64,000 bases of DNA, from assembly GCF_000737315.1 (NCBI RefSeq), contig NZ_JMCB01000006.1, positions 1 through 64,000 on the forward strand, in the 5' to 3' direction. Below are positions 35,501-43,373 of this stretch, piece by piece; positions within the stretch are counted from its first letter, which is position 1, and the number at the start of each line of letters is the position of its first letter. Below the pieces are notes generated by a model, which saw only the letters and a program-made list of their open reading frames with translations, was not told the DNA's origin and did not search any database. The position numbers and the translations under genes are program-made. Origin of the DNA: Hyalangium minutum. Lineage in GTDB: Bacteria > Myxococcota > Myxococcia > Myxococcales > Myxococcaceae.

Positions 35501-38500
35501 AGGCTCCGGGCGCGAGCTCCGAGATGGCCCACTGCCCCGACGCGAGCAGGGTCCCCGTCACATCCTCGAACACCACCTGGAGCGTCCCTGCGGGCAGCAC
35601 GGCATTGCGCCCCGTGTTGCTCACGCGCATCTGCGCGAGGACCGTCTCCTCTGGGCCATAGCTCTCGCGATCGGTCACCAGCCCCAGGCTGGCCACGGCC
35701 TCCGCGGTGAGCGTGAACGGCACCGTGCCGACTGCCACCGGCCGCCCCCCCTCAGTCACCTGGATCCGCAGCGAGTACAGCCCAGGCCCGAAGGCCCCCG
35801 TGTTCCAGCTCAGGGAGGTCTGGTACTCGGCTCCTCCTCCCACCACCAGCCGGGGGCTCGTTGCCAGCGTCGCCACGAGCGCGCCGGCCGGACCCTGGAT
35901 GGCCGCATCCCATGCGAGCGTTCTCCCGCGCGGGCTCTGGTTGGCCAGAAGCACCGTGAACGAGACCGGCGCCGCAGGCCCCACCACGCCAGGGCTGGCC
36001 GTCCCCGACACCACGAGCAACGGATCCTCCACGGGGAGGTTCACCTCCCGCACGTTGTTCAGCTCGCTGAACTCCGTGACGATGCCCTGCGGATCCACCT
36101 CGGCATGGATGAGGGTGCTCGCCTGCGGAGCGGTGATGCGCGCGGTCAGGACCGTGCTCTCCGCCGTCAGCAGCGGCGGCACCTCTAGCAAGAGCTCCGG
36201 CTGCCCGGGGACCTCGATGCTCAACAGCGTCCCGGGAGAGGGACTGCCGCGGTTCAGAACCGTCACGCTCACGGTGACTGCTTCCCCCGCGTAGGCCGGC
36301 GAGGGTGAGGCGCTCACCGCCTGCACCGTGAAGTCCGGCATCGCCGCGGGCATCGACTCCACGGTGAACACCGCCTCGTTGTTGAGGCGCTCCTGGTCCA
36401 GCGTCACCACCTGAGGATCCGCGATGACCCGGTACCCATGGCTGCCTGTCAGCGCGATCCCCGTCACCAGCACATGCGCCTCGGCGCCCGGCTGCAGCGC
36501 GGGGAGCGCCGCCGCGCCAAAGAGGGGACTGTTGGCGCCTCGTGGCCCGTCCCAGGCCTCGACCGTGCTGGCTCCACAGGCCTGCGCACCCTGGTTCCGT
36601 ACTGTGACATCCAGCGTGAGCGCCTCTCCCGTCTGTGGCAAAGGAGGCTGGCTGGAGAACTGCGCTGTATCCACGGCCAGATCACACCCCTGCGTTCCTG
36701 GGAGGACGTAGACACGAGCCGAACCGATGTTGTTCTCCCGCCCAGACTCCTCGATGGCGCCATCCGCGTTGGCGACCACATAGAGGACGTGCTCCCCTTC
36801 CGGATACGCCACCCAAGGCAGGGAGAGGGTCGCCACGCCCGTACGTGGGGCCAGGGGCCCCGCCGCGACAACGTCCGCCAGGTGCCGCCCACCCGCCGTG
36901 GGGTCTCCATCGTAGAGGGCCACATGGACACCGCTCGCGGCCACACCTCCCACGTTGCGCAGAGTGACGGTGACCGTCTGGATCCCTCCCACCGTGGGCG
37001 ATTGCGGCGACACCGTGATGTCCGCGTTGCGGACGGAGAGATCCGCCATCAGCGTGGCCGGCTCCACGTCGAACTGCTGGTTCCATGTGTTGTGGGTCGT
37101 CCACCAGCGGTAGTCGCTCCCCAACCGGAGGTCCGCCCCAACCTGCCCCTTGCGAATGGAGCGCGTCGGCCACAGTGCCGGCTGCTTCTTCCAGTGCACG
37201 CTGGAGAAGATGAGCACCTCGCCTCGGCCATACTGCGGGTGGTCCCGAAGCTGGGTCGGTGGCGCGGTGCCCTCTATGAACGGCATCGCGATGTCCGCGT
37301 GGCCATCCGCGTCGATATCGACGACCACGGGCGTGTGCTCCGGGAAAGAGTAGTTGGCGCCGGTCTCGGGCTGCATCTGAGCCGGGAAGGTCTCCAGCAG
37401 CTCACCCGTACGGCCGTCCTGGATGACGGGGGGCGTCAGTAGCCCGGCGAAGATGGCCTGGGGCCGGCCCTGGCCCAGCACGTCCGCCAACACTCCGTTG
37501 AACGCATCCACACCGGACCTGCCTCCTCCCGTAGCGCACACCGTGCAGAACAGCTCCTGCGACCACAGGGGCAGCAGGTCGGGAGTGAACGCCCCCGTGA
37601 TGCTGGTGCCGCCATTGTTGGCCAGCGTCACATAGGCGAGACCATCCTGCCGCAGCGCTCCCGCGCTCAGGAAGTACTCCCGCGCCTCGAAGGGAGTTCC
37701 TGTCTGGACCTGCTGGCCGGTGATGAGATCTCTCGCCACGAGATTGTTGCGGAACCTCGGGATGATCACCTCCGCTTTTCCATCCAGGTTGAGGTCCACG
37801 ACCCCGGCCCCGATCGTCCCCGTCGGCTGCGACACCTGCCAGCGGACAGTCCCTTGCGCGCTCACGAGCGCATAGAGGCCGATCTTGGACGCCAGCACCT
37901 CGTTCTGGCCATCTCCGTCCGCATCCAGGACGGTGGCCGTGTACCCGAGCTGGCAGGTGGCCGAGCCGACAGTGGCCGTCCAGAGGTCCGTGCCATCCAC
38001 GCCCGAGAACGCTCGGAGATCCTGGGTCCAGGCCACGATGTCCCCCACCCCATCTCCATTCAGATCTCCCAGGCCCAGCGCGTAGCTGGACACGGTGGAG
38101 GCAGAGCAGCCGGAGGTACCCGCGAGGACTCGCTTCCACTTGAGCGTCCCATCGGGCCGCAGCGCGACGAGCTCATAGTTGTTCGAGGTATCCTTCGAGT
38201 AGGCCACGATCTCCCCCGTTCCATCGCCGTCGAGGTCGGCCGTGGCGACGTCGAGTGTCGTGGTCATGGGCGTATAGGACCAGAGCTTGCTCCAGGAGCC
38301 GTCCGTCCCCTGCTGGAGCAGCGAGACGAACTCCTTGGAGACCGTCCCCGTTACGGTCCTGTGGACGAGCACCATGTCGGGCTTCGTGCCGCCGAGGAGC
38401 GGGGCGATGCGGATCTCGCTCCCCTGCACGTAGGTGCCCGCGACGCCCGTGTCCACGATGGCCTTGAGGAACAGATGCCGCCCGGCCACGTTGTTCACGG

Positions 38501-40979
38501 GCGCGCTGTCGCGGGGATAGGTCCCCGCCACCCGCGCGTAGAGCTCCACGGGCCCCTCGGTTCGCACCCAGTCGAAGGCCGCCGTCACCTCTCCTTGCGC
38601 AGGCACCTGGATGGGGGCCTCGCCCAGGAGGCGGCCGAGATGGGAGAGCGGAGACCCCTGCCACCACTGCAAGACAGCCCGCCCCTCGGTGGTGGAGACA
38701 TTCCGCACACGCGCGGTGACCACCACCTTCTCTCCTATCTGGGCTCCCAGTGGGGTGAAGTGCATCTCCTTGGCGGCCACCACGAGGTCCGTCGTCGCGC
38801 TGCCCGGTGTGAGCTCCGCGCAGTTGTCGTTCTCGTTCACCTCGGGCACCTGGTTCTGCGGATCCACGCAGGCCCGCAGGGCCACGGGCGTTCCCGCGGG
38901 GGGAACCTGAAAGCTCCCCAGCAGGACGGCGGTGGCGCTGCCATGCCGGGCGACCGCATCCCTCTCGGCCCAGACCGTCCCGTCCGCGACGTTCATCAGC
39001 CGCACCGAGGTGGCCACATCCTGCGCTCCGTCGTTGATGACGGACAGCGAGTACTCCACATAGCGCCCGGGAAGCGCCGAGCTGTTGGAGCTGGAGAGGC
39101 TGCCCGCGACGAGCTCGCTGGCGGCGCTGTCCGACATGACGGTCATGGCCAGCGTCCGCTGGTTGTTCGTCCGATCCGGATCCGACAGCCTTCCATCCGG
39201 GTCCACCGCGAGCGTGTAGGAGGCCGGAACCAGGGAGGACAACGTGAACGACACCGGCACGGTGGTCTGGCCTGGAACGAGCGGGAGTAGCTGCTCGGCG
39301 ATCCGCTCGCCCGAGCGGAAGACCACGACCGGGACCTGGCTGGCCGCCGTGGTGTACGCATTGCGGATGTTCCCCTGGAGGACAAAAGGCTGGCCCGGGA
39401 CGATCTGCCCAGGCGAGGGCACGAAGGACATGGGGGTCGTCACCTGCAGATCCACCGCCGCGCCCGTGCCTCCGTAGTAGAAACGGAAGGCTTGGTTGTT
39501 CTGCTCGTCTGCCTCCGGCAGCGCGCCCGCCGGATCCACCCGTGCATAGAACGCCACGGGCCCCGTGGCCGTGGGCAGGGGTACATCGAAGGTCAACGAC
39601 CCGAGCGCATTGGGCTGGAGCCCCGCCGAGAGCACCTCGCTGCCCAGCAGGGTTCCACCGTTCCCTGGAGCGCCCCGGAAAAGTTCCACCGTTACCGCCT
39701 GGGGCAGCGGAGAGCCCAGGTTGAGCACCACCACCTTCACCAGGAGCCGGCCCGGCGCCCCCGGGTAGAACTGCAGACTTCCTCCCGAGATGGCCAGATC
39801 GTTCTCCACCCGGACCCGCAGCGGAGCCGAGGCCGTGTTGTTGCCCTCGTCGATCTCCAGCACCTGCCCCTCTGGATCCACCTGCGCGATGACCTCGTAG
39901 CTGCCCGCGAGCTGAAGCGTGGGCAGTGTGGCGACGATCGTCGCCTGCGCTCCCGGGGCCAGCGCTGACAACGACACCTGAGCCAAGGTGACCGCGGCAC
40001 CGCCCGCCAAGGGCCGGGCGACGAAGCGCACGGGGATGGCCAGGGCCGGGACACCCGACCGGTTGCGGATGCTCAGGGTTGCCTGGAGGCTCGCGCCCTG
40101 AAGCGGCGTGGGATCCGCCAGCACGAGCTGAGGCCGCCCGCGATCGTCCGTCATCACGTGCCAGTCCGGCGCCGCCTCGCGAAGAACCGACAGGGCACGG
40201 GCCGTGAGACGCGTGCTCCCCTCCCAGCTCCCATCCGCCTGCTGGGCGGCCAGGAGGTAGACCCGTCCCTCCTCCCGCGCCTGCGAGTGCTCGAAGGGAG
40301 CCCCCACCAATCCCTGGAGCGCGGCCACGGTGTCCTCGACTGTGCCGAAGGAGCCGTCAGGCCGCTGCATCGTCATGAGGCACGCGGTGGCCCGGCTCAG
40401 CGCGAGGTTCGCGTCTGGGATCCAGGGGTGGAGGCGCAGCGCGGAGATGGCAGAGGCCGTCAGCGCCGCGGACGCGGCGTTGTCGGCAAAGGCAAAGCAA
40501 CCATCGGGGCGGGCCTTTGCCAGCAATTGCGCCAGCGCGCCTTCAGGCCTCCCGAAGGGGTTGGTGCTCAACTGGGGCGAGAGGATGAGGCTCAGCGCCA
40601 GGTGGAGGGCATCCGGTGCCTCGAACCCCGGCCCCTGGGTCGTGAGCGTTTGTGTGCCCCGGAAGAATGGGGACTGCCGAAGCGCCAGCGCGGTGCGGAT
40701 TTCCAGCTCGGAGTCGAGCAGGAGCGGCTGGAAGGCCAGGTAAATCTCCGCACTCCGGGCTGCATCACTGGCCCCCAGGCCGTGCGCGCGAAGCGCCTCG
40801 AGCGCCTCCGCTGTCACGAGCGTGGGTTCTTCGCTCCTCAGCTCACCGAACGCCCCCGTCGGCCCCTGCATGCTCTGCAGGAACTGCAATCCCTGCGCGA
40901 CAGGTTCCGCGCTCGCAATCCCTGGCATCCACACCAGGGAAAGTCCACCCATCAGAGCCCACACCCATGACAGCCGCAC
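32586..40979 (-). CDS. 2797-aa secreted surface/adhesin-like protein (alpha/alpha-toroid repeats, ~8 CARDB, FG-GAP propeller, 7 Ig-like repeats, C-terminal beta-solenoid-like domain)
   Basis: Signal peptide ending GIASA. Prenyltransferase/QW-like repeats (QGPTGAF, ARPDGCF, QRPDGSF, QQADGSW). CARDB-type ends (EGNN, EQNN, RTNN, ENDN, PVNN, RENN, RLNN, ELNN). DLDGDG/DLNGDG/DADGDG/DIDADG Ca-binding motifs. Seven D.TPP...AVD.AGN repeats. Confidence 0.88.
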   Translation of the reverse strand: MRLSWVWALMGGLSLVWMPGIASAEPVAQGLQFLQSMQGPTGAFGELRSEEPTLVTAEALEALRAHGLGASDAARSAEIYLAFQPLLLDSELEIRTALALRQSPFFRGTQTLTTQGPGFEAPDALHLALSLILSPQLSTNPFGRPEGALAQLLAKARPDGCFAFADNAASAALTASAISALRLHPWIPDANLALSRATACLMTMQRPDGSFGTVEDTVAALQGLVGAPFEHSQAREEGRVYLLAAQQADGSWEGSTRLTARALSVLREAAPDWHVMTDDRGRPQLVLADPTPLQGASLQATLSIRNRSGVPALAIPVRFVARPLAGGAAVTLAQVSLSALAPGAQATIVATLPTLQLAGSYEVIAQVDPEGQVLEIDEGNNTASAPLRVRVENDLAISGGSLQFYPGAPGRLLVKVVVLNLGSPLPQAVTVELFRGAPGNGGTLLGSEVLSAGLQPNALGSLTFDVPLPTATGPVAFYARVDPAGALPEADEQNNQAFRFYYGGTGAAVDLQVTTPMSFVPSPGQIVPGQPFVLQGNIRNAYTTAASQVPVVVFRSGERIAEQLLPLVPGQTTVPVSFTLSSLVPASYTLAVDPDGRLSDPDRTNNQRTLAMTVMSDSAASELVAGSLSSSNSSALPGRYVEYSLSVINDGAQDVATSVRLMNVADGTVWAERDAVARHGSATAVLLGSFQVPPAGTPVALRACVDPQNQVPEVNENDNCAELTPGSATTDLVVAAKEMHFTPLGAQIGEKVVVTARVRNVSTTEGRAVLQWWQGSPLSHLGRLLGEAPIQVPAQGEVTAAFDWVRTEGPVELYARVAGTYPRDSAPVNNVAGRHLFLKAIVDTGVAGTYVQGSEIRIAPLLGGTKPDMVLVHRTVTGTVSKEFVSLLQQGTDGSWSKLWSYTPMTTTLDVATADLDGDGTGEIVAYSKDTSNNYELVALRPDGTLKWKRVLAGTSGCSASTVSSYALGLGDLNGDGVGDIVAWTQDLRAFSGVDGTDLWTATVGSATCQLGYTATVLDADGDGQNEVLASKIGLYALVSAQGTVRWQVSQPTGTIGAGVVDLNLDGKAEVIIPRFRNNLVARDLITGQQVQTGTPFEAREYFLSAGALRQDGLAYVTLANNGGTSITGAFTPDLLPLWSQELFCTVCATGGGRSGVDAFNGVLADVLGQGRPQAIFAGLLTPPVIQDGRTGELLETFPAQMQPETGANYSFPEHTPVVVDIDADGHADIAMPFIEGTAPPTQLRDHPQYGRGEVLIFSSVHWKKQPALWPTRSIRKGQVGADLRLGSDYRWWTTHNTWNQQFDVEPATLMADLSVRNADITVSPQSPTVGGIQTVTVTLRNVGGVAASGVHVALYDGDPTAGGRHLADVVAAGPLAPRTGVATLSLPWVAYPEGEHVLYVVANADGAIEESGRENNIGSARVYVLPGTQGCDLAVDTAQFSSQPPLPQTGEALTLDVTVRNQGAQACGASTVEAWDGPRGANSPLFGAAALPALQPGAEAHVLVTGIALTGSHGYRVIADPQVVTLDQERLNNEAVFTVESMPAAMPDFTVQAVSASPSPAYAGEAVTVSVTVLNRGSPSPGTLLSIEVPGQPELLLEVPPLLTAESTVLTARITAPQASTLIHAEVDPQGIVTEFSELNNVREVNLPVEDPLLVVSGTASPGVVGPAAPVSFTVLLANQSPRGRTLAWDAAIQGPAGALVATLATSPRLVVGGGAEYQTSLSWNTGAFGPGLYSLRIQVTEGGRPVAVGTVPFTLTAEAVASLGLVTDRESYGPEETVLAQMRVSNTGRNAVLPAGTLQVVFEDVTGTLLASGQWAISELAPGAFHDIAERFSVSPTAQAGSYRVRAELRDAQGTVIASNQVLWKVVIVPARVVTAQLSAASPFPIGPPLQTHVLLTNTSGETVEGLLRVLLLDTPLLGQEATASTQVSLAPGSSQDIVLSLPTSQLDARQKVLVAQLDGQTLDRLVVTAEMPTDQEPPVITISGVTDGQFSPTQVIPEITVTDPYLSSTTITLNGNAFTSGTAVTAEGSYLLEVSAADAFGNQRQRSVSFTIDLTPPVLQLAGVAHGALLNTPVTLSFQAQEQHPGTLVATVDGAPVESGVFVDGEGDHLWTVTAVDLAGNSTTETRAFSLDFTAPQVEITGVAEGQVSAVPLTPSVTVEDAHPGSVVATLDGVPFSLGTAISAEGAHLLAVTAVDGAGNSHSVDIHFSIDQTAPVLSLDGPSHGALLNTPVTLSYSVSEPHPGTVTSLLDGSPLASGTEVNAEGDHLWVVQASDAVGNAVSETRSFSLDFTPPVLGVTGVVNGQYSSVPLTPGVTVQELHPGTLVATLDGVPFTLGTAVSTEGTHLLALRAVDGAGNVAERVIEFTLDFTPPEVWVYWVKDGQYINHEVAPAFDVVDTNLASVSATLDGATFTSGTFVTAEGTHVLVVTAVDLAGNQTVRTVSFTLDFTPPVLSVTGVSEGALGTSFTPVFTATDASPLQPLEGVLDNVLVDSGTPVTALGAHTLRVKAWDMAGNLSSVTVHFTVLQARPRFLFAACALDSLSIQDSAQVVGLSGPASVASHGSVLMGDSSSVSGDVVSGTLTQLGGLASVGGRIYHGGQLVLGTGAQATGGDETVSSPPTPCSCGYDLTRWFQKVGQQNDNALLQADPDISPFLVGGGLEIDQETLTLPSGRFLLDHLVLTGGATLKVASGGSVELFVSGSVSVSNQSTLGAAPGTGASLLLVSSASTGQAVSVLNQSTAAMQIYAPLTHVILGNNTSLRGAVVGRQVTLTNSQTLVLSPGPQTVPAPLSCP
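33400..35055 (-). repeat. Seven ~79-aa Ig-like repeats within the giant protein
   Basis: Repeated (D)xTPPV...G...G...V.A.D.AGN...F.(L/I)D. Units 2 and 4 share HGALLNTPVTLS and EGDHLW; units 3 and 5 share VPLTP.VTV...HPG..VATLDGVPF.LGTA. Confidence 0.85.
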
Positions 40980-41138
40980 AGAGATCCCTCGGCATTCCTT
41001 GCCACCCCCCGCGGGAATCCGCGCGGCAGCGCCGACTGTGCAATGTCATACATTTCCTTCTATGAACATGACCTGCCACATCCCGTTTACCGGACTCACA
41101 CTCGCAGCAAGGAACGATTGTCCCTCTGGGCGACCCGC

Positions 41139-43370
41139 CTACTTCGACGACCTGGCAGGTTGCCCATAGGCCTTCTTGAGGATGTCGTCGCTGCTCAAAC
41201 CACTGGCCTTGGCGGCTTCCACATCCAATCCCTCGCCATGGCCCCGGCCCCGGCCCTCGAAGATGAGGTTTGAGCCATCGAAGGAAGCCGTGCGCGGACA
41301 GGCGGGAAGCTTCAGCGCGGAGCGAAGCACCTCACAAGGAAGGGATTCGGTGGTGTCGAAGGTCGCCCCGCTCTCCTGCTGTGCACGGATATAGGAGACG
41401 CGCCCGGCATCGAAGCGCAACGAGGCCACCCCCTGGCCGAGCAGTGACTCCACCTGACTGCGTGGACGCACCTCGCGCCAGGGCTCCTGGCCACCTTGTG
41501 AGAAGAGGAGCCACTGGTTCCACTTCAGCGGCGGCAGGGCCAGCGCCTTCTCCTCTTCCGGCCGCACACGCACCGTGCCGAGGAAGGCCTGGCAATGGGT
41601 GGTGTCGCAGATGGGTCGGCCGCCGTGACGGGTCTCGGCGTGCTGCTCGTTGTGTGCCACGACTCGCGCCAGGGCGATCCGTGGCTCCCCCTTCGAGGCT
41701 GCGTCCTCCGCGGCTACTACGCCCGCTGTGTATTGAAGGCGCGTGGTCCGGAAGATGAAGTCCGAGCCTCGCCTCGCGCTGCGCTCCCGCTCCGTCGTGG
41801 GCACTCCCGGCGGTGGCCGGTATGGCGGAGGAGTGGACCCTGTGAAGCTGCCTGCGTAGTCCCTGCCCTCGGAGGGTAGACCTGGGACGCGAACCCGCCA
41901 CGGGCTGCCCAGACAGACCGCAGGCCCCTTCGCCACGAGCTGCTTCAATTGAGAGAAGCCCTGCGGCGCCGGGCGCGGTGTGCCCTGGTCCACCGCGAAG
42001 CCCACTCCTCTACAGCCCGCCTCCACCTCCGAGGTCGAGGCCAGCCCCAGCACTTGCACCTTCGCTGCGTCCAGGCCTGGACGCTGGCGCACCCGGGCCA
42101 GCACTTTGGGCACCTCGGCCGCGAAGCTGCGGGGCATCTTCCCGGGCCGCATCACCACCGCCACCACGTCCGCATCCACCGCGACGATCCACCCGTACTG
42201 CGGACGGCTCGCCGCGTCCCGCACCGTGCCTGTCTTGGTAGCCACTCCCACGTACGCCGCCGACGCCGGGAGCTCCGACAGCGTCCCACGAGCGGCGTTG
42301 TCCTTCATCCACTCGATCAGATCCGGCCGGGCTTCGGCCAGCAGACGGTACGCCTGCGCCATACCCCACGGAGAGAGCGCCAGCGTGGAACGCAGGCCGA
42401 TGGCGTCTGCCATGTCCGCGGGCTTCCCAGTCAGTCCCACCGCCGTCAGCACCGCGCCCCAGGGTCCAAAGTCTGCCGCAGCGCCGCCTCTCGCTCCCCA
42501 ATCGAGGAAGTAGCCGTTGCACGAGCGCAGCAGCGCCGTGCGCCCGTCCACCTGCTTCGGCAATCCCTGGCCACACGCCCACTCCTGCACGCCCGAGCGG
42601 GGCGTCAGCAGCGGCGGTGGCTCGGAGCTGCCTGCCATCACGAAGGGCTTCAGCGTGGAGCCATAGGGCAACGCGCGCTGCACCTCCCCTTCCGAGAGCA
42701 GCACCTCTCCCGAGTGGCGGCTCAGCACCACGGTGGCCTCGGCCGCCGCCTTCACCGTCACGTCCGCCAGCTCATCAATGGAGACCGGCACCACCCATCG
42801 CGCGCCGTCCTGGCACTGGCGCAGCCGCCGCGAGAGCGCCTGAGGAAAGCCCCGGTCCTCTCCGAGAATCCGCGCCAGCGCCCGTCGGGCCCGCGACGTG
42901 TCCACTGCTGGTGAGCGCGCCAGCTCCGAGGCCGCCACACTCAGCGACTGGTAGGGCCCCTCCCTCCAGATGGGCAGCTCGCCGCTCACCACCAGCGCGA
43001 AGGCCTCGTGGAAGAGCCGATCCTCCGAGGCCGCGGGACAGACCCACCACAGCAGCTGGTGCGCCAGCTCGTGCCGCAGTGCCAAGCGCAGGCGCTCATC
43101 CAGCACGCCCGGCGTGTTCTGCCGCAGCTCCACCAAGCCGGGCTTGCTCTGGGCGTTGCGATCCGCCGCCAGCCCCACGCCGCGCTGGAGGCGGATGGGG
43201 GCCGGGGCCTGCGTGAGAAATCCACCGGCCTCGGCCACGTAGCGCGCCTCCAGCGCCACCCAGGACGCCTCTGCCTCGGCGACCAGGGCGTCCTCGGGCG
43301 TCACGTCTCCCTGTGTGAGGAAGGCCGGGGTGGCCGCCAGCACCGCAGCCGTGATGACAGCCCACCCCAT
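41139..43370 (-). CDS. YfaQ/MagE-like protein: N-terminal HExxH zincin-like domain + PBP-like domain + SpoIID/LytB-like C-terminus
   Basis: HELAH (43059-43073)...HEAFA; YGSTLKPF (42648-42659), RSCNG (42516-42524), TKTGT (42228-42236); ICDTTHCQAF and GRGRGHGEGL. Located directly downstream of the macroglobulin gene. Confidence 0.75.
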   Translation of the reverse strand: MGWAVITAAVLAATPAFLTQGDVTPEDALVAEAEASWVALEARYVAEAGGFLTQAPAPIRLQRGVGLAADRNAQSKPGLVELRQNTPGVLDERLRLALRHELAHQLLWWVCPAASEDRLFHEAFALVVSGELPIWREGPYQSLSVAASELARSPAVDTSRARRALARILGEDRGFPQALSRRLRQCQDGARWVVPVSIDELADVTVKAAAEATVVLSRHSGEVLLSEGEVQRALPYGSTLKPFVMAGSSEPPPLLTPRSGVQEWACGQGLPKQVDGRTALLRSCNGYFLDWGARGGAAADFGPWGAVLTAVGLTGKPADMADAIGLRSTLALSPWGMAQAYRLLAEARPDLIEWMKDNAARGTLSELPASAAYVGVATKTGTVRDAASRPQYGWIVAVDADVVAVVMRPGKMPRSFAAEVPKVLARVRQRPGLDAAKVQVLGLASTSEVEAGCRGVGFAVDQGTPRPAPQGFSQLKQLVAKGPAVCLGSPWRVRVPGLPSEGRDYAGSFTGSTPPPYRPPPGVPTTERERSARRGSDFIFRTTRLQYTAGVVAAEDAASKGEPRIALARVVAHNEQHAETRHGGRPICDTTHCQAFLGTVRVRPEEEKALALPPLKWNQWLLFSQGGQEPWREVRPRSQVESLLGQGVASLRFDAGRVSYIRAQQESGATFDTTESLPCEVLRSALKLPACPRTASFDGSNLIFEGRGRGHGEGLDVEAAKASGLSSDDILKKAYGQPARSSK

Positions 43371-43373
43371 CGG

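Noticed and set aside
40165-40905. Squalene-hopene cyclase or active prenyltransferase
   Set aside because: QW-like repeats are present, but the domain is only ~250 aa, lacks DxDD, and is part of a secreted multidomain protein.
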